This document shows, in pieces, positions 39,502 to 49,398 of a DNA stretch of 64,000 bases (its first letter is position 1; each line of letters starts with the position of its first letter). The translations under genes were made by a program, and so were the position numbers. This stretch comes from Candidatus Eiseniibacteriota bacterium (lineage in GTDB: Bacteria; Eisenbacteria; RBG-16-71-46; CAZAMP01): contig OZ245046.1 in the NCBI GenBank assembly GCA_965224245.1, positions 4,544,001 to 4,608,000 on the forward strand. The letters are read 5' to 3'. The notes under the pieces were generated by a model. The model was not told the origin of the DNA. It saw only the letters and a program-made list of their open reading frames with translations, and did not search any database.

Positions 39502-40516
39502 GCGATCTCTCCTCGCCCCGCGGCACGACGTCCGCGGCGCGCGTCGTCTCGACGGCGCGCGCCGGGGGCTCCGGGCCGCCGCGCTCGCCGTTCTGACGTC
39601 CGGCACGCTGGCGGCCACCGCCGAAGCGTGCCGCCTGCCTCACGAACGGCTCGGGGGTGTGGGCTCACTCGACGCCGGCGCACGGTTCTCGGTCTCCCTG
39701 GAGTCCGAGCACGTCGCGTTCTCGTCGGACGATGTCCACGGTTCGTACGAGTCGATCGCACCGTCGGTGGCCTGGCGGCCGTTCGCCATGTGGACGCTCG
39801 ACGCTCGCGTCCCCTGGATCCACGCGCGGCCCGACGGGGCCGCGGCCGTATCCGCGGTGGGGAATCCGGAGCTCGGCGCCCGCACGCGCGTCTCGCTGGG
39901 CGGGCGCGACCTGTCGGTGGGACTCCGGGTCGAGACGCCCTCGCCGGACGGTCATGCGCTCGTGGCCGACGATCACTGGGAGCTTCTGCCGCATCTCGGC
40001 ACGACGGCCAGCGCCGGCGCGCTGGCGATCACCGCCGACGTGGGCGCGCGGTTCTCGCTCGGGGGCTCCGGCCACGGCTCACACGACACGCCTGCGCCCA
40101 ATGCCGATGGCGACGGCGGGCTGGAGTGGCCGGGCTGGCCGGACCACGATCACGGCGATCACGATCACTCCCACGACCGAGCCTCGGCGCAGCCGGAGCC
40201 CGTCGGTCGCCTGGCGGCCGCCACGGACGCGGCCGGCGATCACGCGCACGAGTCGCTCGTGGTGAACCCGCACGCCGACCAGGAGCTCGTCTGTCGCCTG
40301 GGGCTGACGGCGGGGACGGCGCCGCTCGCGCCGAGCATCCACCTGGACGGCGCGATCGCGATCGGAGACGACCGCCGCCCTCACGCACTCTCGATCGGCC
40401 TGTCCTGCCGGGTCGTGCTCGGCTCCACGACCGTGGTGCCGCACGTCGCGGCGCCGGTGGCCGGGGATCGACCCGACTCCTGGCGGATCGGCATCACGCT
40501 CGTCCCGGCCCGCTGA
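39494..40516 (+). CDS. His-rich secreted or outer-membrane beta-strand protein (transporter-like)
   Basis: Signal-like N-terminus; amphipathic beta pattern (ARVPW, VGNPELGAR); HDHGDHDHSHD loop; family not certain. Confidence 0.55.
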   Translation: MHERSLLAPRHDVRGARRLDGARRGLRAAALAVLTSGTLAATAEACRLPHERLGGVGSLDAGARFSVSLESEHVAFSSDDVHGSYESIAPSVAWRPFAMWTLDARVPWIHARPDGAAAVSAVGNPELGARTRVSLGGRDLSVGLRVETPSPDGHALVADDHWELLPHLGTTASAGALAITADVGARFSLGGSGHGSHDTPAPNADGDGGLEWPGWPDHDHGDHDHSHDRASAQPEPVGRLAAATDAAGDHAHESLVVNPHADQELVCRLGLTAGTAPLAPSIHLDGAIAIGDDRRPHALSIGLSCRVVLGSTTVVPHVAAPVAGDRPDSWRIGITLVPAR

Positions 40517-40536
40517 GCGAGTCGACGCTCCGGGGC

Positions 40537-40569
40537 CGGGGCGGGGCACTCGCCTCCCGCCCCGCCCCG
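40537..40569. terminator. GC-rich hairpin between convergent genes (possible bidirectional terminator)
   Basis: CGGGGCGGGGC (40537-40547) / GCCCCGCCCCG (40559-40569), 11-bp perfect stem; no U-tract. Confidence 0.4.
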
Positions 40570-40576
40570 ACCGTGC

Positions 40577-41431
40577 TCACCCCGCCGACGGGTTCTCGAT
40601 TCCGACCCCGACGAGGTTGCCGTACTCGGTCCAGCTGCCGTCGTAGTTCTTGACGTTCTCGAGCCCGATGAGGTGCTTGAGCGCGAACCACGTGTGGCTG
40701 GACCGTTCGCCGATCCGGCAGTACGCGATCGTGGGCCTGGCCGGATCGACGCCCTGCCCCTCCAGGTAGATCGCGCGCAGCTCGTCGGCCGACTTGAACG
40801 TGCCGTCGTCGGCCACCGCGGTGGCCCACGGGACGTTCCGGGCGCCGGGCACGTGGCCGGCTCGCTGGGCGGTCTCGCTCATGCCGGGCGGGGCGATCAC
40901 CTTGCCGGTGAACTCGTCCACGCTCCGCACGTCGACCAGGTTCACGCCGCCCTTCGACGCCTCGATCACCTCGGGCACGAACGCGCGCAGGGCCAGGTTC
41001 GGCTCGCTGGCCGTGTACGTCGTCGGCGTCGGGGTGACGGGATCGGTCGTGAGCTGCTTGTCGTCCTCGGCCAGCCACTTCACGCGGCCGCCGTTCATCA
41101 GGCGCACGTCGGCGTGGCCGTACAGCTCGAACAGCCAGAGCGCGTAGGCCGCGAACCAGTTGTTGTTGTCGCCGTACAGGACGACGGTATCGTCGTTGGA
41201 AATCCCCGAGCGCGCGCACAGCGCCTCGAACTCGGACTTCGAGAGGATGTCCCGGCGCACCTGATCCTGAAGCTGCGTCTCCCAGTTGAAGCCCACCGCG
41301 CCGGGGATGTGGCCGGCGTCGTAGGCCTTCGTGTCCACGTCGACCTCGACCAGCTTCACCTTCGGATCGTTCAGATGCTCGTTGACCCAGTCGGTCGTCA
41401 CCAGCTTCCGGGGGTTCGCGTACTCTGCCAT
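40577..41431 (-). CDS. Thiosulfate/3-mercaptopyruvate sulfurtransferase (tandem rhodanese)
   Basis: LVTTDW, Y..GHIPGA, GHVPGA, active-site loop YCRIGERS, NYDGSWTEYG signature; AGGAG RBS. Confidence 0.93.
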   Translation of the reverse strand: MAEYANPRKLVTTDWVNEHLNDPKVKLVEVDVDTKAYDAGHIPGAVGFNWETQLQDQVRRDILSKSEFEALCARSGISNDDTVVLYGDNNNWFAAYALWLFELYGHADVRLMNGGRVKWLAEDDKQLTTDPVTPTPTTYTASEPNLALRAFVPEVIEASKGGVNLVDVRSVDEFTGKVIAPPGMSETAQRAGHVPGARNVPWATAVADDGTFKSADELRAIYLEGQGVDPARPTIAYCRIGERSSHTWFALKHLIGLENVKNYDGSWTEYGNLVGVGIENPSAG

Positions 41432-41519
41432 CGTCATCCGCTCCTGGGCTTGGGGTGTGGATCACCCGGATCCGACCGCCCGGGGCGCCGTCGGATCGAT
41501 GATCACTCCGCTCCGAAAA

Positions 41520-42488
41520 CTAGACTGTGGTTCCGTCGGTGAGGTCCGGCAGGTGCTTGGCCATGTTCGCGGTGTACTTGAAGATGTTGTCCGCGAAGAT
41601 CATCACCCCGCAGCCCGGACCTCCGTCTCGTGCTATGACGTGCCTGGCCCCCTCGAAGACCAGGCCACTACACGGACCGGCACAGAGTCCTTCCTGCTGC
41701 GTGAGCTCCAGCGCACGCTCGTACGCCAGGTGATGATCGATCTCGAGGATCTCGTCGATCAGCGACGGATCGTACAGCTTGCACGAATCCAGCTGCGCGA
41801 CGTTGCGAATGCCGGGCACGTCATGCCCTTCAGTCGGCTGAACGGCGATGATCTTGACGTCGGGCTTCTTGCTCTTCAGGAAGCGCCCGAGCCCGGTGAC
41901 GGTCCCGCAGGTCCCGAGCGATACGAAGACGTGCGTGACCTCCCCGTCGGTCTGACGCCAGATCTCGGGGCCGGTCGTGCGGACGTGCGCGTCCACGTTG
42001 CGCTCGTTCTCGTACTGGTTCGGCATCACGAACTCGTTCGGGCGCGCCTTGGCGTGCGTCCTGGCCAGGTTGATCGAGCCGTCTCCCAGGCCCGGTGCAG
42101 GACACAGATCGTCGCGCACGACGTCCAGCTCGGCCCCGGCGATCCGCAAGAGGAGCTTCTTCTCCATGGGGATGCCGTTGGGCACGACGCACCGGATGTG
42201 TGACCCCAGGAGCCGGGTCAGAATGGCCAGGCTGAATCCGGTGTTGCCGGACGTCGGCTCCACGATGCCGCGGGTGGCGTCGATCATGCCCGCGTCGCGG
42301 AGCTGTCGCAGCATCTCCCACGCCGCGCGGTCCTTGACCGATCCCAGCGGGTTGTACCACTCGAGCTTGGCGTAGAGCGTGAAGTCGGGAGAGGGGACGA
42401 GGTGGTTCAGGCGAACCGCTGGAGACGGATTCTCCTCGTCGGGTAGGAGCTCGAGGACGCTGTCGTAAACACGCTTCCGGTGGTCCAT
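41520..42488 (-). CDS. PLP-dependent cysteine synthase family protein (CysK/CysM-like)
   Basis: AKLE..NPLGSVKDR (PLP Lys), EPTSGNTG, NQY.N..N...H..TTGPEIW, LGTCGT; alternative ATG 42512. Confidence 0.9.
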   Translation of the reverse strand: MDHRKRVYDSVLELLPDEENPSPAVRLNHLVPSPDFTLYAKLEWYNPLGSVKDRAAWEMLRQLRDAGMIDATRGIVEPTSGNTGFSLAILTRLLGSHIRCVVPNGIPMEKKLLLRIAGAELDVVRDDLCPAPGLGDGSINLARTHAKARPNEFVMPNQYENERNVDAHVRTTGPEIWRQTDGEVTHVFVSLGTCGTVTGLGRFLKSKKPDVKIIAVQPTEGHDVPGIRNVAQLDSCKLYDPSLIDEILEIDHHLAYERALELTQQEGLCAGPCSGLVFEGARHVIARDGGPGCGVMIFADNIFKYTANMAKHLPDLTDGTTV

Positions 42489-42663
42489 CGCGTCGCCGCC
42501 GAATCCCCGCATGGAGGCGGGATCTCACGCCGCTTCCCGGCTTGCATCTGCTCGTTCGTGAATCTACACATACACCACTAGGATGCCTCACCGGCGGGGT
42601 TCGCCGCAACCCGACCTCCGGCAACCACACCGATCTCGAATGCCCCGCGGGTCTCGGCGAACG

Positions 42664-43938
42664 TCACCGTCGCCGATACGCGCTCCCCGTCTGGCGATTG
42701 CTGACGGCCATCAGGGCATAGGCCGCCACGGACACGCCGGCGCTCCCGTCGCTGACGTGGCGCTCGGCGACCTCGAGCAGGGTTCCGGTCTCGTCCCAGC
42801 GACCGAGGCCCGCGAGGCCGTACACGCCGGCCGACGTGGATCCGGACCCGTCCACGCGTTCGGCCATCGTGTCGAACGCCGGTCCCCGGCCACCGAACAC
42901 GACGTCCCGGAACGTGCTCGCGTAACGCGCCATCACGTCGGCATCGTCGAAGGAAGCGACACCCTCGAGACTCATCTCGATCAGGACGCGCATGACGTAC
43001 TGCGCGTAGTTGATCTTCTGCCATCCCTCGTCGGTGCCGGCGACCTGATGGGTCCATCGGTAGGCGTCCGGATGCGTCGGGTTGGGCTCGGCGTGCGCCG
43101 CCAGCTCGGACGCGATCTCCTGGGCCCTCGTTCCGTAGAACGGGTCACCGGTGCACGCGTGGAGGTAGTGAGCGAGTCGGAGCTGGTTGCCGCGCGGGTG
43201 GGTGAAGCGCTTGTAGAACCCATCCGTCCACGCCGCCAGCCGATCTCCTCCCTCACGTGAGGTCCACTTGGCCAGGAAGTGATCCTCGAGGTAGTCGACC
43301 CAGAAGTCGGCCGCCTCGGCGTACGTGGGATCGATGTCGCGGTTCACGTGGAATGCGTAGGCCACGAGGGCGACGTTCCCGTGCGTCATCGCCTCGTCGA
43401 GGGGGATCGTGTCCTTTCCGTAGAACGTCTCGGAGGCAGGATCGGCGAGCCAGAGCCAGTTCAGGAAGCCGTCCTCGGTACCGTCGAGCCAGGCATCCGC
43501 CAGGTCGGCGCGATACAGCGTCGAGAGCTCGAGCACGCGATCGAGGTACGCGAGGTCGCCGGTCGCACGGAGCGCCGCCAGGAGAGCCGCGACGTAGTCG
43601 CCGACGTATCGACCGAGGAGGTACAGATCGCCCGAGCCGGCCCGCGCGCGCGCGGTGCCCGCGCTCCGCTCGAGCGCGGCGTTCAGCCGCCCCACCCAGA
43701 GCGTCTCGTCGGCCGAGAGCATGTCGGGATCGAACCGGGGATCCCCATAGAGAGACAGGACGCCCACCGCGTCGGGATCGTCGCCGGTGTCGTCGGCCAC
43801 GGTGTCGTCGGGGTTCGCGTCGGCGGGATCGTGCGCGGCCGACGTTTCACCCGGGTCGAGCGCGCGTTCGGGTCCACAAGCGCTCACGAGGAACACGAGA
43901 GACGAGAAGATGAGCGGGATCCAGTCCGGTCGCGGCAC
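42664..43938 (-). CDS. Hypothetical lipoprotein, possibly alpha/alpha-barrel
   Basis: Lipobox FLVSA-C; acidic linker; ATGDLAYLD and CTGDPFY helical-hairpin motifs; aromatic-rich. Confidence 0.6.
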   Translation of the reverse strand: MPRPDWIPLIFSSLVFLVSACGPERALDPGETSAAHDPADANPDDTVADDTGDDPDAVGVLSLYGDPRFDPDMLSADETLWVGRLNAALERSAGTARARAGSGDLYLLGRYVGDYVAALLAALRATGDLAYLDRVLELSTLYRADLADAWLDGTEDGFLNWLWLADPASETFYGKDTIPLDEAMTHGNVALVAYAFHVNRDIDPTYAEAADFWVDYLEDHFLAKWTSREGGDRLAAWTDGFYKRFTHPRGNQLRLAHYLHACTGDPFYGTRAQEIASELAAHAEPNPTHPDAYRWTHQVAGTDEGWQKINYAQYVMRVLIEMSLEGVASFDDADVMARYASTFRDVVFGGRGPAFDTMAERVDGSGSTSAGVYGLAGLGRWDETGTLLEVAERHVSDGSAGVSVAAYALMAVSNRQTGSAYRRR

Positions 43939-44045
43939 GGCTCATCCTCGGCTCGGGGCGCGGCACGGCGAACGCGTCGGGTCGGAGGCGAGAAGCTAGC
44001 AAGATGCCGACCGCGCTCGCCGGCTGACGTCGACCGGGACCCGCC

Positions 44046-44276
44046 TCAGACGCGCTCCCACTTCGACGACTCGGAGAGCTTGGCCCGTGCGGCGTCCCGC
44101 GCAAAGTAGCGGATGAGCCCGCAGTCGCCGCACGCGACCAGGTCGAACTTCTCCGCCGACCACATGCTGCCGAGCCCCGGCAGGTAGTTCGGTGCGTAGC
44201 CACCCCCCGCGCTGACCGGCTTGACGGTCCTGTACTGTCGCGAGCTCTCGCAGTTCGGGCACGGAGACACCTTCAC
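44046..44276 (-). CDS. Small zinc-ribbon protein
   Basis: GTG after GAGGAGG; CPNC...CGDCG. Confidence 0.7.
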   Translation of the reverse strand: MKVSPCPNCESSRQYRTVKPVSAGGGYAPNYLPGLGSMWSAEKFDLVACGDCGLIRYFARDAARAKLSESSKWERV

Positions 44277-44316
44277 GTTCCCTCCTCTGCTCGACGCGCG
44301 CACGCGTCGCCGCGGC

Positions 44317-45528
44317 TCACTCCGGACCGGAGTGGCTCATGTCCGCTTCGACGTACGACCGGATGCCCTCGGCCAGCGCGGTCACGGCCCGTTCGGCCGC
44401 CTCGAGCTTCAGGTGCCTCGGGCGTCCGTCGGAGTCGAAGTCGAACAAGAAGTCCTTTCTGATCTCGACGGCCAGCGAGCTGGGGCGCCACGACGCGTAC
44501 CGGTAGTGGTCGACGAGCTCGTGCCAGTGATGGTCGAGGTAGGCATGGACGCGATCGTACGCCGCGCGGGCCCGCTCGAAGTAGTCGTGTAGCCCGGCCG
44601 GGGCGTGACGGTAACGGTGCAGGTACTCGCGGAACGTCGCGGTCTCGCTGGCCCGCATGTTGGTGTCGCGAAGCGTGGTCCAGACGAGGTTGTAGGCGGC
44701 GATCTCGTCGTATGCGAGCGTGTGCGACTCCTCGAAGTGCCGCTGCAGATAGTCGAAGAAGAACCACACCTGGCTGCGCACCTCGACGCTTCCGTCGGGC
44801 AAGAGATAGGGGAAGTTCACCGCCACCGGAATCTGGCGTCGCTCCATGGCCAGCGCCACGCGATGCACCAGGATCCGGCTGCACATGAACTCACCGAGGA
44901 TGCTCGGGAACAGCGGATCGAACGCGCCGGTCTTCATGCGTCCCTTCATCTGATAGGACTCCGGGCGCGTGATCAGGCTCACCGGCGGTCGCTGGGTGCC
45001 GCTCACGTTGTGTGGGTCGTACGTGTGAACGGCGATCTTCAGCGAGCGGTGCACGAGCGTGCGCTCCATGCGATCGGAGATCGAGTCGTAGTACCTCGCG
45101 AACAGCTCCGCCTTCTGACCGTAGGTGAGCGTGTCGAAGGGGGGATTGATCGCGAACCGCCCCAGGTGGTCGGCGTCGCGGCGCGACGTTCCGGGGAATC
45201 GGTTGAAGTCGAGGAGCGCGCGCGCGATCGCGACGCGATGCACGCCGCTCAGCTGGAGCTCCTCCGCCAGCCGACGGGCGATCCAGAACGACCCCCAGTC
45301 GCGCTCCTGGCGGAACACGAGCTCCAGCTCGCGACGCGCGGCGGCATCCAGCGCACGGACGAATCGCTCGGGGATGATCCAGCCGTCGTGAATGGCATCG
45401 ACGGCGACGAGGCGATCGTAGTCGGCCACCGTGTCGACCGGGGTGGCCACGAACTCGCAGCAGTGCTCGGTATCTTCGAATGAGAGATCGGGATGGTCGT
45501 CGATCTCGCGGGCGGGTGTCAGCGCCAT
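44317..45528 (-). CDS. N-formylglutamate amidohydrolase-like Zn-hydrolase-fold protein
   Basis: IHDG, RDWG, RALLDFNR, IAVHTY, NFPY, VEIRKD motifs in FGase order. Confidence 0.65.
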   Translation of the reverse strand: MALTPAREIDDHPDLSFEDTEHCCEFVATPVDTVADYDRLVAVDAIHDGWIIPERFVRALDAAARRELELVFRQERDWGSFWIARRLAEELQLSGVHRVAIARALLDFNRFPGTSRRDADHLGRFAINPPFDTLTYGQKAELFARYYDSISDRMERTLVHRSLKIAVHTYDPHNVSGTQRPPVSLITRPESYQMKGRMKTGAFDPLFPSILGEFMCSRILVHRVALAMERRQIPVAVNFPYLLPDGSVEVRSQVWFFFDYLQRHFEESHTLAYDEIAAYNLVWTTLRDTNMRASETATFREYLHRYRHAPAGLHDYFERARAAYDRVHAYLDHHWHELVDHYRYASWRPSSLAVEIRKDFLFDFDSDGRPRHLKLEAAERAVTALAEGIRSYVEADMSHSGPE

Positions 45529-45840
45529 GTGTCGGTTGCTCCGGGGTTTCGGGGGACGGCTGACGAGTCTAGCACGGCGTTCATTCGTTTCCGACGTCCC
45601 GGACGTCTCTCGATGGTGCTAATCACTTGGCGTCGTGCTGGTTGAGGGAACCGTGTCCGGTGGCGGGAGCGGTGGCCGATCGGCGAGCGGGGGAGCCCCG
45701 ACCCTCGCGTGAGCCACGATGCCCGCCGGCGAGCTCGCCCCCCAGGCCTCCGTGCCGCCGGTCGTTTGACGGGGCCAGGCCATCGTGAGAGCGTCCCGGG
45801 CAGGCTTCCACGACCGCACTCTCGACCCTCGGAGGACCCG

Positions 45841-47664
45841 ATGCCTGACGGCGACCCCCTCCACGATCGGCAGGACACCCGCTCGACCGATCGGAAGCCC
45901 GGCGATCCGACCACGTGGACCCGGCGGCAGATCCTGGCCGCGCTCTCGGCGCTGGGTCTCGGATCGACGGGGCTGGCCCGCGCGATCGCGGCCGCCGAAG
46001 CGACCGACATCGCCGTCACCGACGAGATGATCGCCGGCACCGGCTGGCTGACCGGCCTCGACCTCGACGCGAGTGAGCGAACGCTGATGCAGGGGCAGCT
46101 CGGTGAGCTCGTGGGAGGCTTCGACGCCATCCGTGGGCTCGACATCGACAATGCGGTGAGCCCGGCCGTCGAGTTCACCCCCCTCGCCGGCGGCGTCGCG
46201 ACACCGCAGCCGGTCAGCGATCGCGACGACGGCGCCGCCCCGATCGAGCGCCGGGCCGGCGAGCGCCCGGCGAGCGACGACGACCTGGCCTTCCTGCCCC
46301 TCACCGAGCTGTCCGCCCTCATCCGGACCGGTGCGCTCACGTCCCGGGAGCTCACCGAGGTCTATCTGACGCGACTCGATCGCCACGACCCCACGCTGCG
46401 CTGCGTCATCTCCCGGACCGACGACCTCGCGCGCGAGCAAGCGGCCCGCGCCGACGACGAGATTCGCCGGGGTCGCTACCGCGGACCGCTCCACGGAATC
46501 CCGTGGGGCTGCAAGGACATCATCTCGGTTCCGGGATACCCGACGACGTGGGGAGCGATGCCCTATCGGGATCAGCGCCGTCCCGAGACGGCCACCGTCG
46601 TGGATCGACTCCAGAACGCCGGCGCCGTGCTCGTGGCCAAGACGTCGGTCGGCGCGCTCGCCTGGGGCGACGTGTGGTTCGACGCCACGACCAAGAATCC
46701 CTGGAAGACCGACCAGGGCTCGTCCGGATCCTCGGCGGGCTCGGCTTCGGCGACGGCGGCCGGGCTGATGGGCTTCGCACTGGGAACCGAGACCTGGGGC
46801 AGCATCGTGTCGCCGTCCACGGTGTGCGGCGTCACCGGGCTGCGTCCCACGTTCGGGCGCGTGAGCCGGTACGGCGCGATGGCGCTGTCCTGGAGCATGG
46901 ACAAGATCGGCGCCATCGCACGCTCGGCCGAGGACTGCGGGCTCGTCTTCGACGCGATACGCGGGCCGGACGGACACGACACGACCGTGATCGAGCAGCC
47001 GTTCTTCTGGCCCTACACCGACGACGTCCGCACGCTCCGTATCGGCGTCGTGCGCTCGCTGTTCGACGCCGATCGCGGCGCGGCAATTCCCGACGAGACC
47101 GGGAACGCCGACGCGCTACGCGCCGAGGCACGTGAGTGGGCCGATCACGATCGGCGGACGCTCTCCACGCTCGAGCGAATGGGCATGACCCTCGTCGACG
47201 TGGAGCTCCCGGACGGACTCCCCATCGACGCCCTCAGCGTCATCCTGACCTGCGAGTCGTCCGCGGCCTTCGACGCGTTGACTCGCTCGGGCCGCGACGA
47301 CGAGCTCGTGAGCCAGGAGGAGTTCGCCTGGCCGAACTTCTTCCGGATCGGTCAGATGATCCCGGCCGTGGAGTACATCCGCGCCAACCGGGTCCGGACG
47401 ATGCTGATGCGCCGGATGGCCGAGCTCATGGCGTCGATCGACGTGTTCGTCGCGCCGTCCTGGGAGGGAAACCACCTCCTGGTCACGAACCTGACCGGTC
47501 ACCCGTCGGTCACCGTTCCCAACGGGTTCCGCTCCGGCGACGGCACACCCACCAGCATCACGTTCACGGGCCGGCTCTTCGGGGAGACGTCGCTTCTGGC
47601 GGTCGCGCACGCGTATCAGGACGCCACCGACTTTCATCTGAAGCGCCCGCCGATCGACGGCTGA
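45841..47664 (+). CDS. Amidase signature family enzyme with Tat-like signal
   Basis: TRRQIL twin-Arg; GPLHGIP.G.KD, GSSGSSAGS, GTETWGSIVSP, GLRPTFGRVSR; ATG 45841 after GGAGG. Confidence 0.93.
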   Translation: MPDGDPLHDRQDTRSTDRKPGDPTTWTRRQILAALSALGLGSTGLARAIAAAEATDIAVTDEMIAGTGWLTGLDLDASERTLMQGQLGELVGGFDAIRGLDIDNAVSPAVEFTPLAGGVATPQPVSDRDDGAAPIERRAGERPASDDDLAFLPLTELSALIRTGALTSRELTEVYLTRLDRHDPTLRCVISRTDDLAREQAARADDEIRRGRYRGPLHGIPWGCKDIISVPGYPTTWGAMPYRDQRRPETATVVDRLQNAGAVLVAKTSVGALAWGDVWFDATTKNPWKTDQGSSGSSAGSASATAAGLMGFALGTETWGSIVSPSTVCGVTGLRPTFGRVSRYGAMALSWSMDKIGAIARSAEDCGLVFDAIRGPDGHDTTVIEQPFFWPYTDDVRTLRIGVVRSLFDADRGAAIPDETGNADALRAEAREWADHDRRTLSTLERMGMTLVDVELPDGLPIDALSVILTCESSAAFDALTRSGRDDELVSQEEFAWPNFFRIGQMIPAVEYIRANRVRTMLMRRMAELMASIDVFVAPSWEGNHLLVTNLTGHPSVTVPNGFRSGDGTPTSITFTGRLFGETSLLAVAHAYQDATDFHLKRPPIDG

Positions 47665-47697
47665 GCCGCGCTCGCGAGCCGAGAAGCGAATGACGGG

Positions 47698-49398
47698 TCA
47701 CTCGCGGCGGGCGACGTCGTTGAGCGACCAGTCGTATCCGCGATGCGAGACGGCATCCACCGTCGTGGCCAGCGCCTCCTGCAGCGCGTCGTCGCCGTAC
47801 GCCGCGAGCCAGCGCACGACGCCCCGCTCACGGCCGTACACGTCGGCACCGGCCTCGTCGCCCAGACGCGCGAGCACCCCGGTCCACCCGGAAGCCGGCG
47901 CGAGGGGCGGGGGCACGTCGAAGTCCTCCCGGAACCACGCGAAGATCCTGGAGATCTCGACCTCCCCCCGATCGTCCGACAGCGTCACCTGGGACGGATT
48001 CCGGATGAAGTCGGTCGCGGCCCGGTTCAGCTCCTCGTCGAGCGTCGCGGCGTGATAGGCGTGCGATCGGAGGGCGGGACACCCGACCGACGCGCAGACG
48101 ATCGCGAAGTGGATGCGCGGATCAACGAACTCGGGCCGCAGGATCGTGTGCTCGATCGCATCGAGCGTGATCGGACCGCGCACCGAGTCGAACGTGATCG
48201 TGTCCCAGCGCCCGGGGATCATCAGGATCGAGTTCGTCGGGATGAACAGACGCAGGAACGGGAACACGTTCATGTACCAGCGGGCCCCGATCGGATGGTG
48301 ATCGACGATCAGCTTCAGGGTGAACGCGTTGTACGCGTTGATCCAGTAGGCTTCGCGCTGGGCCGAGGTCCAGCCGGCCTCGTCCTCCACCGAGCCGTCG
48401 GCCAGCTCGGCGAGGGTGGCGGCGAACCGGCTCGACGGTGATGCGAGCTCCCGCGCGAGGGCGGCGTAGTCCACCCAGCCGTCGGTCACGTGCACCGAGA
48501 GGACCTCGTCGAACGCGCGGTACTCGTGATCCACGCCCCACGCGCGCGGCGCCGATAGGCTCGCCGCGGCGATCGCGCCGGCGAGGAGGATCCCGCTCAC
48601 GAGCCGGCGCGCGGGGTCGGCGTCGAGCCAGCGCCGGAGATACGCGCGACCGTAGTACCGCGCCACGAGCTCGCGCGGGGGCCGACCCATCCGCTCCTCC
48701 ACCATCAGGCGCGCGTTCGTGACCGCCGCCCGCCAGAAGCCCAGTCGCCGGAACCTGACGGCCGACGTGCGCGCCGGAGACCGCAGCACGTGAATGCGAC
48801 CCCGCCGGCGGACCCGGCGGACGAGATCGACGTCCTCGAACAACGGCTCGTCGCGAAACCCGCCCAGCTCGTGAAACAGACCCGTCGGCATGGACAGCCC
48901 CTGATCGCCCATCGGCGCCGGTCGCACGCGATCGCGGACGTTCGCCAGACGCGACAGCACGCGACAACCCAGGTGCTTCGACGCGAAGGAGAACGAGAAG
49001 GTGCAGATGCGCGACGGATCCGTCTCGAGGGCTCGTGCCAGCTCGTCGAACGCCGCGGCGCTCAGCACGGTGTCGGCGTGGAGAAACAGCACGTGCGATC
49101 CGCGGGCGAGAGCGGCACCGGCGTTCATCTGGGACGCCCGCCCCAGGGGCGCGGTCAGCGTCCGCACCCCCGGCACGCGGCGCCGCCGCGGCCGCCGGGC
49201 CGTGCGCGCGCCGCTCGTCGCCGCACCGGACGCCGAGTGAGTGCGCGGGGCCACCGCGGGATCGTCCGGCTCGCACGAGTGCGCCGGTGCGACGATCAGG
49301 ATCTCGAGCAGGGCCGGATGCGCGATCGGAATGCCCGCCGGCACGATCGGGTCCGGATCGCGAACGGGAACGACGACCGACAGCCGGACCGATCTCAC
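47698..49398 (-). CDS. GT2 glycosyltransferase (TIGR04283-like) fused to DUF547 domain
   Basis: LSVVVP, GRASQMNAGA, LFLHADT, GDQG, GGF...LFEDV, TS..RF; then AYWINAYNA, IEH.ILR, DPRIHFA.VCAS.GCP, YDWSLN in one frame. Confidence 0.85.
   Translation of the reverse strand: MRSVRLSVVVPVRDPDPIVPAGIPIAHPALLEILIVAPAHSCEPDDPAVAPRTHSASGAATSGARTARRPRRRRVPGVRTLTAPLGRASQMNAGAALARGSHVLFLHADTVLSAAAFDELARALETDPSRICTFSFSFASKHLGCRVLSRLANVRDRVRPAPMGDQGLSMPTGLFHELGGFRDEPLFEDVDLVRRVRRRGRIHVLRSPARTSAVRFRRLGFWRAAVTNARLMVEERMGRPPRELVARYYGRAYLRRWLDADPARRLVSGILLAGAIAAASLSAPRAWGVDHEYRAFDEVLSVHVTDGWVDYAALARELASPSSRFAATLAELADGSVEDEAGWTSAQREAYWINAYNAFTLKLIVDHHPIGARWYMNVFPFLRLFIPTNSILMIPGRWDTITFDSVRGPITLDAIEHTILRPEFVDPRIHFAIVCASVGCPALRSHAYHAATLDEELNRAATDFIRNPSQVTLSDDRGEVEISRIFAWFREDFDVPPPLAPASGWTGVLARLGDEAGADVYGRERGVVRWLAAYGDDALQEALATTVDAVSHRGYDWSLNDVARRE

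Noticed and set aside
45841-47664. gatA (Glu-tRNA amidotransferase subunit A)
   Set aside because: Tat-like signal, GTETWGS instead of GSDTGGS, and no gatB/gatC neighbours; a general amidase.
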